Virus record (IMG/VR): IMGVR_UViG_3300032302_000137
Location: 1-42,238 of that record
DNA: 42,238 nucleotides
Source: a virus
Lineage: Duplodnaviria; Caudoviricetes
Direction: 5' to 3' (one strand)
This document shows, piece by piece, positions 27,964-36,883 of this stretch. The notes under the pieces are model-generated. The model was not told where the DNA came from. It saw only the letters and a list, made by a program, of their open reading frames with translations, and did not search any database. Every line of letters starts with the position of its first letter. The stretch's first letter is position 1. The position numbers and the translations under genes were made by a program.

Positions 27964-28125
27964 TTATTCTGGATTTTGCAAACCTAGCCCCAATTCGCGG
28001 ATCACCGCGTCGGCCAACTCGTCATACGATGCGTGTTCCACCAGGAACGGGTCGTCAATGCCATCCGTACTGGCTTCGTCCCTAGCTTTCAACGCGGCGG
28101 CGATGCGGGTGCGGAGGTCACTCAT
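27964..28125 (-). CDS. hypothetical protein
   Basis: MSDLRTRIAAAL...LADAVIREL, a common mycobacteriophage small-protein pattern. Confidence 0.65.
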   Translation of the reverse strand: MSDLRTRIAAALKARDEASTDGIDDPFLVEHASYDELADAVIRELGLGLQNPE

Positions 28126-28402
28126 CCGTGATCTCCACACTCCTGCGCTTCTGGAAGTTAACCCCGGCCATGAAGCCGTCAATCCACCCAGCACCGGCAG
28201 CCGCGACGGTCAGCCCCCCCGGTGGGATCTTGATACGGAGGGCGCGTTGAGAGGCCATGTACGCAAGGGAACGCATATCCACCTTGCCAATGATCCTCTC
28301 CATGGCGATACCGTCGTCAGCCGCAGCGTCTACGTCCTGTACGCATTCGGCCATGAGCCAGAAGTCCGGATGATCCGGACGGTTCGGAAAATTCATTTTC
28401 AT
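28118..28402 (-). CDS. hypothetical protein
   Basis: SD GGAGG. FPNRPDHPDFWL...WIDGFMAG. Confidence 0.65.
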   Translation of the reverse strand: MKMNFPNRPDHPDFWLMAECVQDVDAAADDGIAMERIIGKVDMRSLAYMASQRALRIKIPPGGLTVAAAGAGWIDGFMAGVNFQKRRSVEITDE

Positions 28403-28518
28403 TCCTCCCAGGGGAATTCGTTGGTGGGCATTTCGTTCAGCTGACTCCCTAGCGGTCCAGCTGTCCACAGGGTTACCGGTAACGGCTCCCCGGTGTCGTC
28501 GGAGTTGGGGAATTTCAT
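28399..28518 (-). CDS. hypothetical protein (39 aa)
   Basis: ATGA-coupled at both ends. Confidence 0.45.
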   Translation of the reverse strand: MKFPNSDDTGEPLPVTLWTAGPLGSQLNEMPTNEFPWEE

Positions 28519-29378
28519 GCCGTGTCCCTTCCCAGGGTGTAGTCGCTCTCAACAACCCCGGACTCGATGGAGCCGCGGATGTTCCAACCCCACCAGTATG
28601 TGCCAACGTGCCTACCCATGAGGGGGGCATCCGCGGTGTAGGTCTTGAAGTGACCGCGCACCCTGTGGACCGCTGAGGCCCGGTGGTGCGTGCCAGATCC
28701 GGTTCCTACCTTCTCGCTTCCGCCACCCGGCAGGATGATGGTCGAGTAGCGGATTTCCTTGGCCGGGATTCCGCGCCGCTTATCCGTTCCGCTTCGTGCC
28801 TGCCGGATTCGGCCCCCATCCCACAACTTCACGTTGCGGCAGTTGATGAGTCCCAAAGCCGTCAGACAAGCCCTTGCTAGAGCGGCAACGATTGGCGTGA
28901 AATCCCGAAGGGTTTCAAGGCTCCAACCAAGATCGTCAGACCAGTAAACGAAAGCTTCAACGGAACTCTTGCCATTATCCACAGCAGCTTTCCAATTCCC
29001 GTCATCAGTATTTTTACCGTAGATTAGGAATCCATTCTCATCAATTTTGTATTCCAACTCAATAACGTCGTTCATTGCCCCATCGTTGTCAAAAAGAAAG
29101 TATGCCTTCATGTAGATGGAGCGATGGTCGTCGCTTTCCGTGATGAGAAATCCAACCTTGCTGGGGAAGTCGCCATCATTCTTCTTTACCAGCATGGGTT
29201 CTCGATATTCCATGAATATCGTTGGATACGGTAATCTAACCGGTCCGACCTTGCTGAAGTCGATACCAATGTTTCTCGGCATCAAATCTCGCGCAACTTG
29301 AATGTCGAACAGTACTGTGTCGTCGGGAATCATCTTGTTCTTGAGTGCCGCTTTTGCAAGAGGCATCCTATCGCTCAC
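28515..29378 (-). CDS. conserved phage protein of unknown function
   Basis: 287 aa with RLPYPTIFME and a C-terminal HRVRGHFK...G..WW motif. Confidence 0.75.
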   Translation of the reverse strand: MSDRMPLAKAALKNKMIPDDTVLFDIQVARDLMPRNIGIDFSKVGPVRLPYPTIFMEYREPMLVKKNDGDFPSKVGFLITESDDHRSIYMKAYFLFDNDGAMNDVIELEYKIDENGFLIYGKNTDDGNWKAAVDNGKSSVEAFVYWSDDLGWSLETLRDFTPIVAALARACLTALGLINCRNVKLWDGGRIRQARSGTDKRRGIPAKEIRYSTIILPGGGSEKVGTGSGTHHRASAVHRVRGHFKTYTADAPLMGRHVGTYWWGWNIRGSIESGVVESDYTLGRDTA

Positions 29379-29383
29379 TACTT

Positions 29384-29536
29384 CTATTTTCCTTTCTGAA
29401 TCAAGCGAACGGCTTTTCTGAGCTTTGTAACCGCTTCTGCCAGTGCTAAATCCGCCTGGACATTATCGGAGGACATTTGCCCTTGCGCTTTCCTAATGAG
29501 GTTTTCCGCATCGTCAATGTTGCTGATTGCGCTCAT
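29384..29536 (-). CDS. hypothetical protein
   Basis: Short helical ORF. Confidence 0.5.
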   Translation of the reverse strand: MSAISNIDDAENLIRKAQGQMSSDNVQADLALAEAVTKLRKAVRLIQKGK

Positions 29537-29549
29537 GTGGTTCTGCTCC

Positions 29550-29732
29550 CTAGATTTTGTAAACTTCTTGAATGATGTAGCCGGTTCGCTCATACCCCAA
29601 TTCGTCTTGGAGGTAGGTGCGAGCTTTCAGTATTGCGCCGTTTGCGCTGACGGATTCGCAGTCGATTGCTCCGGTCTGCGAGTCCCACGCTTCGTAGGTC
29701 ACTTGGTATTTAGCTACTTTTGTCGCTTTCAT
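29550..29732 (-). CDS. hypothetical protein
   Basis: 60-aa ORF with SD GGAG. Confidence 0.55.
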   Translation of the reverse strand: MKATKVAKYQVTYEAWDSQTGAIDCESVSANGAILKARTYLQDELGYERTGYIIQEVYKI

Positions 29733-29947
29733 CTATTTACTCCGTAGTTGTATCCCTTGGCCCACTGCTTTTGGTGCATCCGGCAAATCGGAGTTCCACC
29801 CTCTCTGCCAACACCATTGTCATCGACTTCCAGCTTGGCCCGGTTGCCGCAGCCAATCATGGAGTCGCCCCACCCCGCTGCCTCGCACTGGCGGCGCGTC
29901 TTGGCCTGACAGAAATTGTCATACCGAATACTTGGGGTTCTAGCCAT
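29729..29947 (-). CDS. Cys/His hypothetical protein
   Basis: RQCEA...CGNRA...CRMHQ. Confidence 0.55.
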   Translation of the reverse strand: MARTPSIRYDNFCQAKTRRQCEAAGWGDSMIGCGNRAKLEVDDNGVGREGGTPICRMHQKQWAKGYNYGVNR

Positions 29948-30135
29948 CACTGCACCGGCCCATCGACCGGAGGAAGTTCTTGACCCCGGTTGAAAAAGTT
30001 GAACATGGCCTCTGCCGTCCCGCACTTGGAACAGATGTTCGTTTTGTTGTCCAGCCGCGACAAAGCGGGGTAATCGTCGTAATCTTTCTTGCATCGGGGG
30101 CAGTTGCCACCCTTTTTGTACTCTCTCATTGTCAA
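29947..30135 (-). CDS. small zinc-finger protein
   Basis: CPRC...PALSRLDNKT.ICSKCGTAEA. Confidence 0.65.
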   Translation of the reverse strand: MTMREYKKGGNCPRCKKDYDDYPALSRLDNKTNICSKCGTAEAMFNFFNRGQELPPVDGPVQ

Positions 30136-30143
30136 CCTTTCCT

Positions 30144-30359
30144 TTACAGATACATCTTATTGATCCCGTTACCGGGACTGACCGTATAACCAGAAGGATG
30201 CATCAGATACGAAACCGATCCAACACCCCCGAATTGCCACTTATCTGACAAAAACGACTCCGCGGTGTCACCCTTGGCGAGGGTGATGACCGCTTCCCGG
30301 TAGCCGTCCCCGATATCGACCGCAGCCTGCTCAATTGCGTTCGCATCGTAATGAACCAT
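30144..30359 (-). CDS. hypothetical protein
   Basis: Starts immediately after the nusG stop. Confidence 0.55.
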   Translation of the reverse strand: MVHYDANAIEQAAVDIGDGYREAVITLAKGDTAESFLSDKWQFGGVGSVSYLMHPSGYTVSPGNGINKMYL

Positions 30360-30974
30360 CTATATCCTTTCGATCTGATGGAACCCAAGTTCCACCGGAG
30401 TATCCCGACCGAAGATTGAAACCAGAACATGAAGCTTCCTGCGTTCAACATCGACCTCACTAACAGAGGCGTGATACCCGGTGAACGGACCATCCATAAC
30501 GGTAACCGCATCCCCGATGGAGAAGTCGCAAACAATCACATTTGCTGCGGTGGGATCCGCACCAACCTGACCCTTGACCTCTTTTACCGGAGGGGGGAGC
30601 AGGAACTTGATAACGTCGCCCAGGGCGAGGGGTGTCGGAACCGTAGTGGCCCCGACGAACCCGCTCACCCCAGGCGTATTTTTGACCACGGTCCACGCCT
30701 CGTCAGTCAACTCCATGCGGATCAACATGTAACCCGGCATGATGGTCTTTTTTGACTGTTTGCGCTGACCGTTCTTGAACTCGACAACGTGATAGGTGGG
30801 AACTTCCACCTGAAATATCACGTCCTCTAGCGCAAAGTTTGCGACTCGCTGTAACAGATTGGTCCGGGCCATGTTTTCGGCACCGACCTTGGCGCGAGCC
30901 ACATACCAATCCCCAGGAAGGGACCGGAGTTCTGCTGCGAGGATTTCCGCGGGATCAGTTGTTTCGGTACTCAT
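30360..30974 (-). CDS. nusG: NusG-like transcription elongation/antitermination factor
   Basis: NGN domain ([34 protein letters not shown]) and KOW domain ([35 protein letters not shown]). Confidence 0.95.
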   Translation of the reverse strand: MSTETTDPAEILAAELRSLPGDWYVARAKVGAENMARTNLLQRVANFALEDVIFQVEVPTYHVVEFKNGQRKQSKKTIMPGYMLIRMELTDEAWTVVKNTPGVSGFVGATTVPTPLALGDVIKFLLPPPVKEVKGQVGADPTAANVIVCDFSIGDAVTVMDGPFTGYHASVSEVDVERRKLHVLVSIFGRDTPVELGFHQIERI

Positions 30975-31104
30975 TGTTCCTATCTACCATCAAGGCGAAT
31001 GCCGCCTCTGCCATTTCCTTGCTGAAGAACTGCCCTACATGCTTTCCGTCAACCTCAAGGAACCAATTTTCGTTATTCGCTAACTTGTAAAGATTTTTAC
31101 GCAT
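30955..31104 (-). CDS. hypothetical protein (49 aa)
   Basis: [20 protein letters not shown]..., overlapping the nusG start. Confidence 0.5.
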   Translation of the reverse strand: MRKNLYKLANNENWFLEVDGKHVGQFFSKEMAEAAFALMVDRNNEYRNN

Positions 31105-31152
31105 TCTTTCTATATCCTTTACTTTGTTGTGTATTTTTCTACTAAATGATTC

Positions 31153-31252
31153 GGGATGGGGGCGCAGCGATGACCTCGCCGGAGTCGTGGGTCATGGGCC
31201 ATGCTTTGCGCGGAAAAAGGAGTCAACTAACGCGCTTTCACTCCCCCATCCC
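31153..31252 (-). ncRNA. candidate structured three-way-junction element
   Basis: 10-bp closing stem GGGATGGGGG/CCCCCATCCC with two internal hairpins. Strand inferred from the operon. Confidence 0.5.
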
Positions 31253-31260
31253 TGTGGTTA

Positions 31261-31569
31261 CTAAGTGTTCTTTTCAGCCTTGCGGCGCATCCGCTGACGC
31301 AGATTCAATTCTTTACGGTTGGCTTTGCGCCAAGCCGCCGCGTAGTCGTACCTTTCCCGGCACGCCTCAAGGCACTTAGCACACCGGCACGCATAGTTGC
31401 TGTAACCGTTCCAGGTGCCATGAACATGCTCAGGCGTAGGCCCATTCATGCGGCGCTCCCTGGGCGTTTTACCCAGCTTCCGGTACGCCACCGTGCATCC
31501 TTCGCACCGGCATTTGTGATGGACATACCCAGCCGCTCCGACTGGGGCACCAGCAACGTGCTGCGTCAT
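31261..31569 (-). CDS. hypothetical Zn-binding repeat protein
   Basis: GY...CRCEGC and HGTWNGY...CRCAKC; same motif as 10823-11137. Confidence 0.7.
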   Translation of the reverse strand: MTQHVAGAPVGAAGYVHHKCRCEGCTVAYRKLGKTPRERRMNGPTPEHVHGTWNGYSNYACRCAKCLEACRERYDYAAAWRKANRKELNLRQRMRRKAEKNT

Positions 31570-31724
31570 AACTCTCCCTCAAGTAGTCCATCAGCCTTAT
31601 CAAGCTCAACCATTCGATCCTCAATGTGGCGGATGCGTTTGGTTATGCGTATCAACTCGACCTGCAATTCCATCCGTTCGATCCGGACGGCCCTGACGAG
31701 TTCTTCCTTGCTGTACTTCACCAT
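31566..31724 (-). CDS. hypothetical coiled-coil protein (52 aa)
   Basis: MVKYSKEELVRAVR..., ATGA coupling. Confidence 0.5.
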   Translation of the reverse strand: MVKYSKEELVRAVRIERMELQVELIRITKRIRHIEDRMVELDKADGLLEGEL

Positions 31725-32050
31725 GGACTATTACGGTACCGGCTCGTGTGGGTGTCCTCTGCCCACTGGTCGTAGTACCAGGAAATGGGGCCGTGGTGGG
31801 AATGCCAGCCAATGTGGGCAATCTCAAGTCGGCAGTTCAGACCGCCGTCAGGTGAGGGGATGCCACAGATGACGTGCGATGGTGCGCTGTCAGCCTGATC
31901 GTACTTAGCCCACAGCTGCCGCAGCTTCTTGTTACCGCGGTATGGCCTGCCGTCAGGGTTCAGTGATCTGTAAAGCCCGTAAACAATCATCAGGGCCATA
32001 AGCATTAGAACAGGATTAGGCAACTTCTTGGTCCTCTTCGTCGTCGTCAA
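31718..32050 (-). CDS. membrane-anchored hypothetical protein
   Basis: N-terminal TM segment and a C...C...H.G.H motif. Confidence 0.55.
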   Translation of the reverse strand: MTTTKRTKKLPNPVLMLMALMIVYGLYRSLNPDGRPYRGNKKLRQLWAKYDQADSAPSHVICGIPSPDGGLNCRLEIAHIGWHSHHGPISWYYDQWAEDTHTSRYRNSPW

Positions 32051-32234
32051 TGAGGGGATTTACGATCACGCCTAGCTCAACATCGACGCTCACCCGGTCA
32101 CCGGACACAACTTCCTCTACGCCCCACATGGAGCGAAAGTGTTCGTCGGCCATTTGACGGGCCACGCGAGCGGCCTCTACCGGACCGTCTACGTCGAGGA
32201 CGAAAACTCCCCACGTCGCTATGTATGAACCCAC
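32016..32234 (-). CDS. hypothetical protein
   Basis: Operon-coupled ORF. Confidence 0.55.
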   Translation of the reverse strand: MGSYIATWGVFVLDVDGPVEAARVARQMADEHFRSMWGVEEVVSGDRVSVDVELGVIVNPLIDDDEEDQEVA

Positions 32235-32416
32235 TAGGCGGTACCCTTTTCTGCATCGGCTATGGCACTGAAAACTGTTTCCCAGTAGTATTCGATGCTC
32301 TCGACTGCTTTGATGAACTTCTTTTCCTGCCCGGACTTGATTGCCTGTAGGCGGCGTAGCCGCTTGAGGTCGGGGTCAATGCCGCTGGCGAGGATTGCTG
32401 CTTTGTTACGTTCCAA
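32234..32416 (-). CDS. hypothetical protein
   Basis: Operon-coupled ORF. Confidence 0.5.
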   Translation of the reverse strand: MERNKAAILASGIDPDLKRLRRLQAIKSGQEKKFIKAVESIEYYWETVFSAIADAEKGTA

Positions 32417-32444
32417 CTCGTTTTCCTAACTCGATAGTGAAATA

Positions 32445-32795
32445 TTACTTGAGGTTGTAGGGGTTGTCAAATAGCCCGAAGGCGTACTCAATCTCCCGCT
32501 TGGCGGTGTCGGCGTCACCGGCTGCCCATCCACCGGATGCGCGGTGATCCCAGTACACTTCGCGGGGATCGTGGTCGCTGGTATAAGAGGCCCAGCACAG
32601 CCCTTCGCCGTCTATAGGATCTTCCCCAATAGCAAACCGACTGTCGTTGTTCTCTATGATCCAGCACGAACCGTCGCCGCTACCGGAGTCGTACTTGTAC
32701 CGAACTTCATCCGGCAGGTTCTGCCAGAGCCATTGAGCGATATCCTTGGGATTGTCCAGGTCTAGATCGGCGGGTATGGCGATCACTCGACCCAC
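32445..32795 (-). CDS. hypothetical protein
   Basis: 116-aa ORF. Confidence 0.6.
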   Translation of the reverse strand: MGRVIAIPADLDLDNPKDIAQWLWQNLPDEVRYKYDSGSGDGSCWIIENNDSRFAIGEDPIDGEGLCWASYTSDHDPREVYWDHRASGGWAAGDADTAKREIEYAFGLFDNPYNLK

Positions 32796-32962
32796 ACCTT
32801 GATCTGCTCAGGATCCAGCCTTGTGACGAATTGCAGTTCTGCCGCGAAGTTGGCGGCTATCCTTTCCGCACTCTCCCTTGGCACGAACGAGAACACCATC
32901 GGGCTGTCGCAATGCGGGTGATCCTCGCTGTCAATGGTGTACAAGATTGTTGATGTGTTCAC
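32783..32962 (-). CDS. hypothetical protein (59 aa)
   Basis: GTGA coupling, SD GAGGAGG. Confidence 0.5.
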   Translation of the reverse strand: MNTSTILYTIDSEDHPHCDSPMVFSFVPRESAERIAANFAAELQFVTRLDPEQIKVWVE

Positions 32963-33180
32963 ATTGCCTCCTCAATTACTTCGATGATTTTGCCGCACAG
33001 ATCAGCGACCATGCTGTTGTAACTAGCGGTCGCCTTAGCCCGATCCATACCGGCATGATGACACTCCGGATTGTCACACAGCACGGCACGCTCAAAGTCG
33101 CACCGCAGCTTCCAATATGCGGAAATAAGGAACTCAAGCTCCCCTGCGGCATCGTGGACAACATCATCAACAATGCTCAT
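32959..33180 (-). CDS. hypothetical protein
   Basis: ATGA coupling, SD GGAGG. Confidence 0.55.
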   Translation of the reverse strand: MSIVDDVVHDAAGELEFLISAYWKLRCDFERAVLCDNPECHHAGMDRAKATASYNSMVADLCGKIIEVIEEAM

Positions 33181-33539
33181 ATGGCCGAACCTCCACCGCC
33201 GCCATACACGGCGACGAACCGATCAAGTACCGGAATAAAGCGTGGACAGTTGTCAGTAACTGACAACGCCACAATCTCACCGGCCTCATAAGGGGTGAAG
33301 CCACTTCTTCGTTCAATAGCGAGCAACAGCCCAAGAACTCCTTCCACAGTTGGATACGAGGTGATGGTTTCGCATACCGCGTCCTCGTATTTGATCGCAT
33401 ACCTCATCACTTCATCTGAAGGGTCTGGTTCAGCATGTGCTGGGGCCGCGAACGCGGTGATCCCAGCGGTAAGCACCGCCCCCGTCAACAGGCCCAAACC
33501 GAAGGCCCGTACCGATCTATTTCTCAATTGATCTCCCAA
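33177..33539 (-). CDS. secreted protein with signal peptide
   Basis: Hydrophobic signal ending AAPAHA, with AVC...NCP Cys pair typical of small mycobacterial secreted proteins. Confidence 0.7.
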   Translation of the reverse strand: MGDQLRNRSVRAFGLGLLTGAVLTAGITAFAAPAHAEPDPSDEVMRYAIKYEDAVCETITSYPTVEGVLGLLLAIERRSGFTPYEAGEIVALSVTDNCPRFIPVLDRFVAVYGGGGGSAI

Positions 33540-33712
33540 TCTTCCAAGGTTTCATCGTTGATTTCCGAATTGACCAAAGTTGCATTTTGGTACCCTTGCA
33601 GGAACCAATCCTCAATGATCTGATTGTCACTTTCCGGCATGTAGTCGTCCTCAACCTCAATTTCGTAGGTTGAGTAGTCAACACTCCGGATCGTGACAGT
33701 TAACTTCTTCAT
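33524..33712 (-). CDS. acidic hypothetical protein
   Basis: SD GGAGAGGG. Confidence 0.55.
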   Translation of the reverse strand: MKKLTVTIRSVDYSTYEIEVEDDYMPESDNQIIEDWFLQGYQNATLVNSEINDETLEDWEIN

Positions 33713-33891
33713 CCCTCTCCTAAATCGAACGGATCGAAGTGGTACATGTCGAATTCCGGTTCGTGACGCTTCTTCACCCTCGCAAGGGCATCCGAAGCCA
33801 ACTGGCGATGCTTGGTGGCGATTTTCAGATGCGTTTCGGCCACCGCCAGGTCCGCCCGATCCTCGTCGGACAGAGGTTTCTTAGTTTTCAT
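33709..33891 (-). CDS. hypothetical protein
   Basis: SD GGGAG. Confidence 0.55.
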   Translation of the reverse strand: MKTKKPLSDEDRADLAVAETHLKIATKHRQLASDALARVKKRHEPEFDMYHFDPFDLGEG

Positions 33892-34129
33892 ATCTCCCTT
33901 TCTTCTTGTTGTGAACAACCTTCACCCGCTCAGGGTAAAAAGACCTCAACAGGTGCTTGCTTGAGCCGCCGCCAACGAAATTGAGGACAACTTTGCCCCC
34001 GCTGGTGGTGGAGTGGCCCAGGTACTTGAATTTGCCGCGCTCTCCGGTGATGGACACTTCGGAGTCGATTTTGAGCCAGCGACCGTTGATTTGCACTTCG
34101 CCATTGGCGTGGACTACTACTTCACTCAT
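33881..34129 (-). CDS. conserved actinophage protein (SH3-like)
   Basis: EVSITGERGKFKY...RSFYPERVK. Confidence 0.65.
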   Translation of the reverse strand: MSEVVVHANGEVQINGRWLKIDSEVSITGERGKFKYLGHSTTSGGKVVLNFVGGGSSKHLLRSFYPERVKVVHNKKKGRYEN

Positions 34130-34209
34130 CACCATCCTGTTCTGGTGGATCACAAACCACGCAGTATTCGCTAATTCCTACTTGCGAGTCATTTCCACAC
34201 CACATACAT

Positions 34210-34401
34210 TCACTCATCGCAGTTGCACGAATTATTCACTAGATAAATCACGGCTTCCTGCCCAGCATTAACCATCGACTCCTCGACGCACTGCGGATCA
34301 GCACCGTCAAGTTCCTCTGGTTCAAGGATTGCAATGGCGCAGCCTTCATTGCGAAGGGTGCGAATCGCATCCCATATTCTCGCGTTATTTATTGATGACA
34401 C
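34210..34401 (-). CDS. hypothetical protein
   Basis: Operon ORF. Confidence 0.55.
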   Translation of the reverse strand: MSSINNARIWDAIRTLRNEGCAIAILEPEELDGADPQCVEESMVNAGQEAVIYLVNNSCNCDE

Positions 34402-34615
34402 TTTTTAACCTAACCTCTCCTTCGGTTTCAATCCATACTTTCGCCCCGCACGAAAGCGGGTTATCGGGACGGTACACAATCTTGGCTACAACGCTTCCGT
34501 CAACCACGATCTCCGCTTCGGACGCATAGTCGTTCGACTTGTATGTCTTGACGGTTAAGACTTCTGGTTCACCGGCGCGAACTTTGTGCTGGTTGACGTG
34601 AATAATGGTTTTCAC
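34385..34615 (-). CDS. conserved phage protein
   Basis: IHVNQH...TVKTYKSN.Y...YRPDNPLSCGAKVWIET. Confidence 0.7.
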   Translation of the reverse strand: MKTIIHVNQHKVRAGEPEVLTVKTYKSNDYASEAEIVVDGSVVAKIVYRPDNPLSCGAKVWIETEGEVRLKSVINK

Positions 34616-34878
34616 TCATCACCCTTTGGTGGCTTGTAGTTAGCGATTCTGGCTAGTGCAGCCCCAGCCGCAAGCTGTCTAACTTTTTCGCTTATCCACA
34701 TTGCGTATGACTCGTCTGCCTGAGAGCGAAACTCTTCCCGATTAAAAGACCAATCTTGGTGTCCGATCTCCGCGGCAACGTATTCTATTGCCGTAGCAAT
34801 TCCTGCGCGTTCCTCGTCGGTGGTGCATTCGGCAGCGGCACGGCCCAAGGCTTGGGCCAGACAACGGCTACTAATCAA
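34612..34878 (-). CDS. hypothetical protein
   Basis: SD GGAGGT. Confidence 0.55.
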   Translation of the reverse strand: MISSRCLAQALGRAAAECTTDEERAGIATAIEYVAAEIGHQDWSFNREEFRSQADESYAMWISEKVRQLAAGAALARIANYKPPKGDE

Positions 34879-34936
34879 TCCCTACCTCCGAATTTGGTTG
34901 TAAAAAAACTGTCCCAGTCGTAATCGAGCGGGTTGG

Positions 34937-35164
34937 TCAAACCACAATCTCCATATCTTCCGGATCAGTCGCCCGGTCGTCGTCCCATTCCGCTCTCCAC
35001 GTCCACATATCCACACCGGCACGGTGCAAACCCTTGTGGTCTATTTGGCGGGTACAAATCCAGCGGCCACACGGCGACTCTGAATCGCAGTCGCCCCATT
35101 TCCAGCCGATAGGCGGGAGGTGTGATTCACTGGATTTGTCCTGCTTGACTTCGGTGTTATACAT
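34937..35164 (-). CDS. hypothetical protein
   Basis: C...CTR..DHKGLH motif. Confidence 0.5.
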   Translation of the reverse strand: MYNTEVKQDKSSESHLPPIGWKWGDCDSESPCGRWICTRQIDHKGLHRAGVDMWTWRAEWDDDRATDPEDMEIVV

Positions 35165-35302
35165 CTTCGATATCTACAATCAGACGATTGAGGGAAACGT
35201 AGGCGTTAGTCACTTTGACTTTGCGCCCATCGTTGTAAACCTCGATACCGGACATGCGAAGCTGGTCTAGCGTTCCCTGTAGGGAAGCGGCTCTACCGTC
35301 GA

Positions 35303-35482
35303 TCACAGTGCTGCTATCAGTTCGGGCAGGTTGTCGCCACCATCTTCAGTGGGCGACATAGTGATCTGGTCGATGATTTTCGACAGACACATGAAACAGA
35401 ACTCTTTACCTGTCCAAGAGTCGGTGAAAACCCGTTCTTCTGGGCATTCACAGACGCAGCAGTAGTTGTAAAGTCCGAACAT
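35303..35482 (-). CDS. Cys-containing hypothetical protein (59 aa)
   Basis: MFGLYNYCCVCEC...CFMC, purine-rich SD. Confidence 0.5.
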   Translation of the reverse strand: MFGLYNYCCVCECPEERVFTDSWTGKEFCFMCLSKIIDQITMSPTEDGGDNLPELIAAL

Positions 35483-35508
35483 TTTCTTCTCTTTCTCTTA
35501 AAGCCTGT

Positions 35509-35713
35509 TGATGGGCTTTGGAAAGGTCTAGGGGCACTACTTAGGCCAGATTTTCCCGATCTGAAATACGTTTAAGCGCGGACGCCGCCACCTGTCCGTT
35601 AGGCTTATTTCGCCAATCTGACGTACCTTCGCGGTCCGGTCCTCAGAAATCTCTGACGCTGCGGACCGCTACCCGTTCGCGGGGAATCCCCTAGAACTTT
35701 CCGAAACCCATCA
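35509..35713 (-). ncRNA. candidate multibranch structured RNA
   Basis: ~26-bp closing stem enclosing at least five hairpins; no ORF. Strand inferred from the operon. Confidence 0.6.
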
Positions 35714-35732
35714 GGGTTTCGGCTCTCCACAG

Positions 35733-35978
35733 TTATTTCATTAAATGCTGATGCAACGCGTCACGGATATCGACAGAATCATCAATAGCCTCATCAACGA
35801 TGGCTTTACGGGCCATGTTTCTTGCATACTTGTCCTGATGAAGCCTATTCATCAGGGCCATGGTCGCACCGATCATTTCGGTTGCATTGGAACGCGATAG
35901 GCGTTCCTCACGGAGCTTCCCGATAGCCCGGTCGCACCGGTACATCAGGTTGTCAAGCTCATCGTCAGTTAGTCTCAT
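35733..35978 (-). CDS. hypothetical protein
   Basis: SD GAGGA. Confidence 0.55.
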   Translation of the reverse strand: MRLTDDELDNLMYRCDRAIGKLREERLSRSNATEMIGATMALMNRLHQDKYARNMARKAIVDEAIDDSVDIRDALHQHLMK

Positions 35979-36183
35979 CGGCTTCCTCAAGGATGCTTGC
36001 ACTGAACATCACGCCAGCCAAAAGCTCGCTAAGCATGGGTTCACGATCCCAAGCCATACGGAACTGCTCACGAATCTCTTCAAGAGCGGCATCCATAACG
36101 TCCGCGGGACCATCACCCCAATAGTGGCCTTCATCTTCAAGCTGCAAAGACGCACCTTCGGGGCTTGAGTTCCACCAACCCAT
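35965..36183 (-). CDS. hypothetical protein
   Basis: MGWW...WGDGPAD, strong SD. Confidence 0.6.
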   Translation of the reverse strand: MGWWNSSPEGASLQLEDEGHYWGDGPADVMDAALEEIREQFRMAWDREPMLSELLAGVMFSASILEEADETN

Positions 36184-36213
36184 TTTCTCTCCTTCTCTCC
36201 TTACCGGCCCTTG

Positions 36214-36426
36214 TTAGCCAGCGTGAGCTTCAATTGCAATCCGAACCAGATTTTCCCCAGCTTCCGAATTGCCTGAATCGTGCAACTCGGGCAGAAGCAA
36301 TGCGGTAGCCAATTTGACAATGCCTTCTCGCTGGGCTTCAAATTCGTAGACACCGAATAGAAATCCGGCCATGTCCAGAACATCTTCCTGGCAGATTGTC
36401 GGCTTTTTACCTGCTCTCACTCCCAT
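36214..36426 (-). CDS. hypothetical protein
   Basis: SD AAAGGA. Confidence 0.55.
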   Translation of the reverse strand: MGVRAGKKPTICQEDVLDMAGFLFGVYEFEAQREGIVKLATALLLPELHDSGNSEAGENLVRIAIEAHAG

Positions 36427-36442
36427 TTCCTTTCTTGTCGTT

Positions 36443-36883
36443 CTACAGCCCTATGCTGTCGAAAAAGTCTGCTGCATCACCACGAACAGCTATCTTGTAA
36501 TCAGGATGCATTCGTTCAAGATCGTTCTGAAGTGGGATGAAATATCCACCATTGACGCATTTCAGTAGCATGTGTTCGCCATAAGGATCGCCACAGTGCA
36601 TACATCTGACACGGAAATCTATGTCGTAATCATTGTCATACTGGCGAACCAGCACCATGTCGGTTTTCAGAAACCAGCGATAGTTTTCTGTCATCGACCT
36701 GGGTAACCAATAAACTCGACCGCCGACCCGCGGGTCAGAATCTCTGGGGTCCGGTAATTTGATTTTGGTGAAAATTAGGGGACCTAAATCCTCACCCATC
36801 ACACACATGTTTCCGCGTGTTTTATCGGAACCCCAGATGAACTCGTCACCTGTCTTAAGCTCAGAAACCAGCTTGATACGCAT
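36443..36883 (-). CDS. hypothetical protein
   Basis: Very strong SD AGGAGGAGGT. CMHC...H...C. Confidence 0.65.
   Translation of the reverse strand: MRIKLVSELKTGDEFIWGSDKTRGNMCVMGEDLGPLIFTKIKLPDPRDSDPRVGGRVYWLPRSMTENYRWFLKTDMVLVRQYDNDYDIDFRVRCMHCGDPYGEHMLLKCVNGGYFIPLQNDLERMHPDYKIAVRGDAADFFDSIGL

Noticed and set aside
35598-35615. AAATAAGCCTAA (minus strand) as a trans-acting tmRNA resume/stop segment
   Set aside because: Only a short resemblance from memory, with no tag ORF or pseudoknot. Chance is likely.
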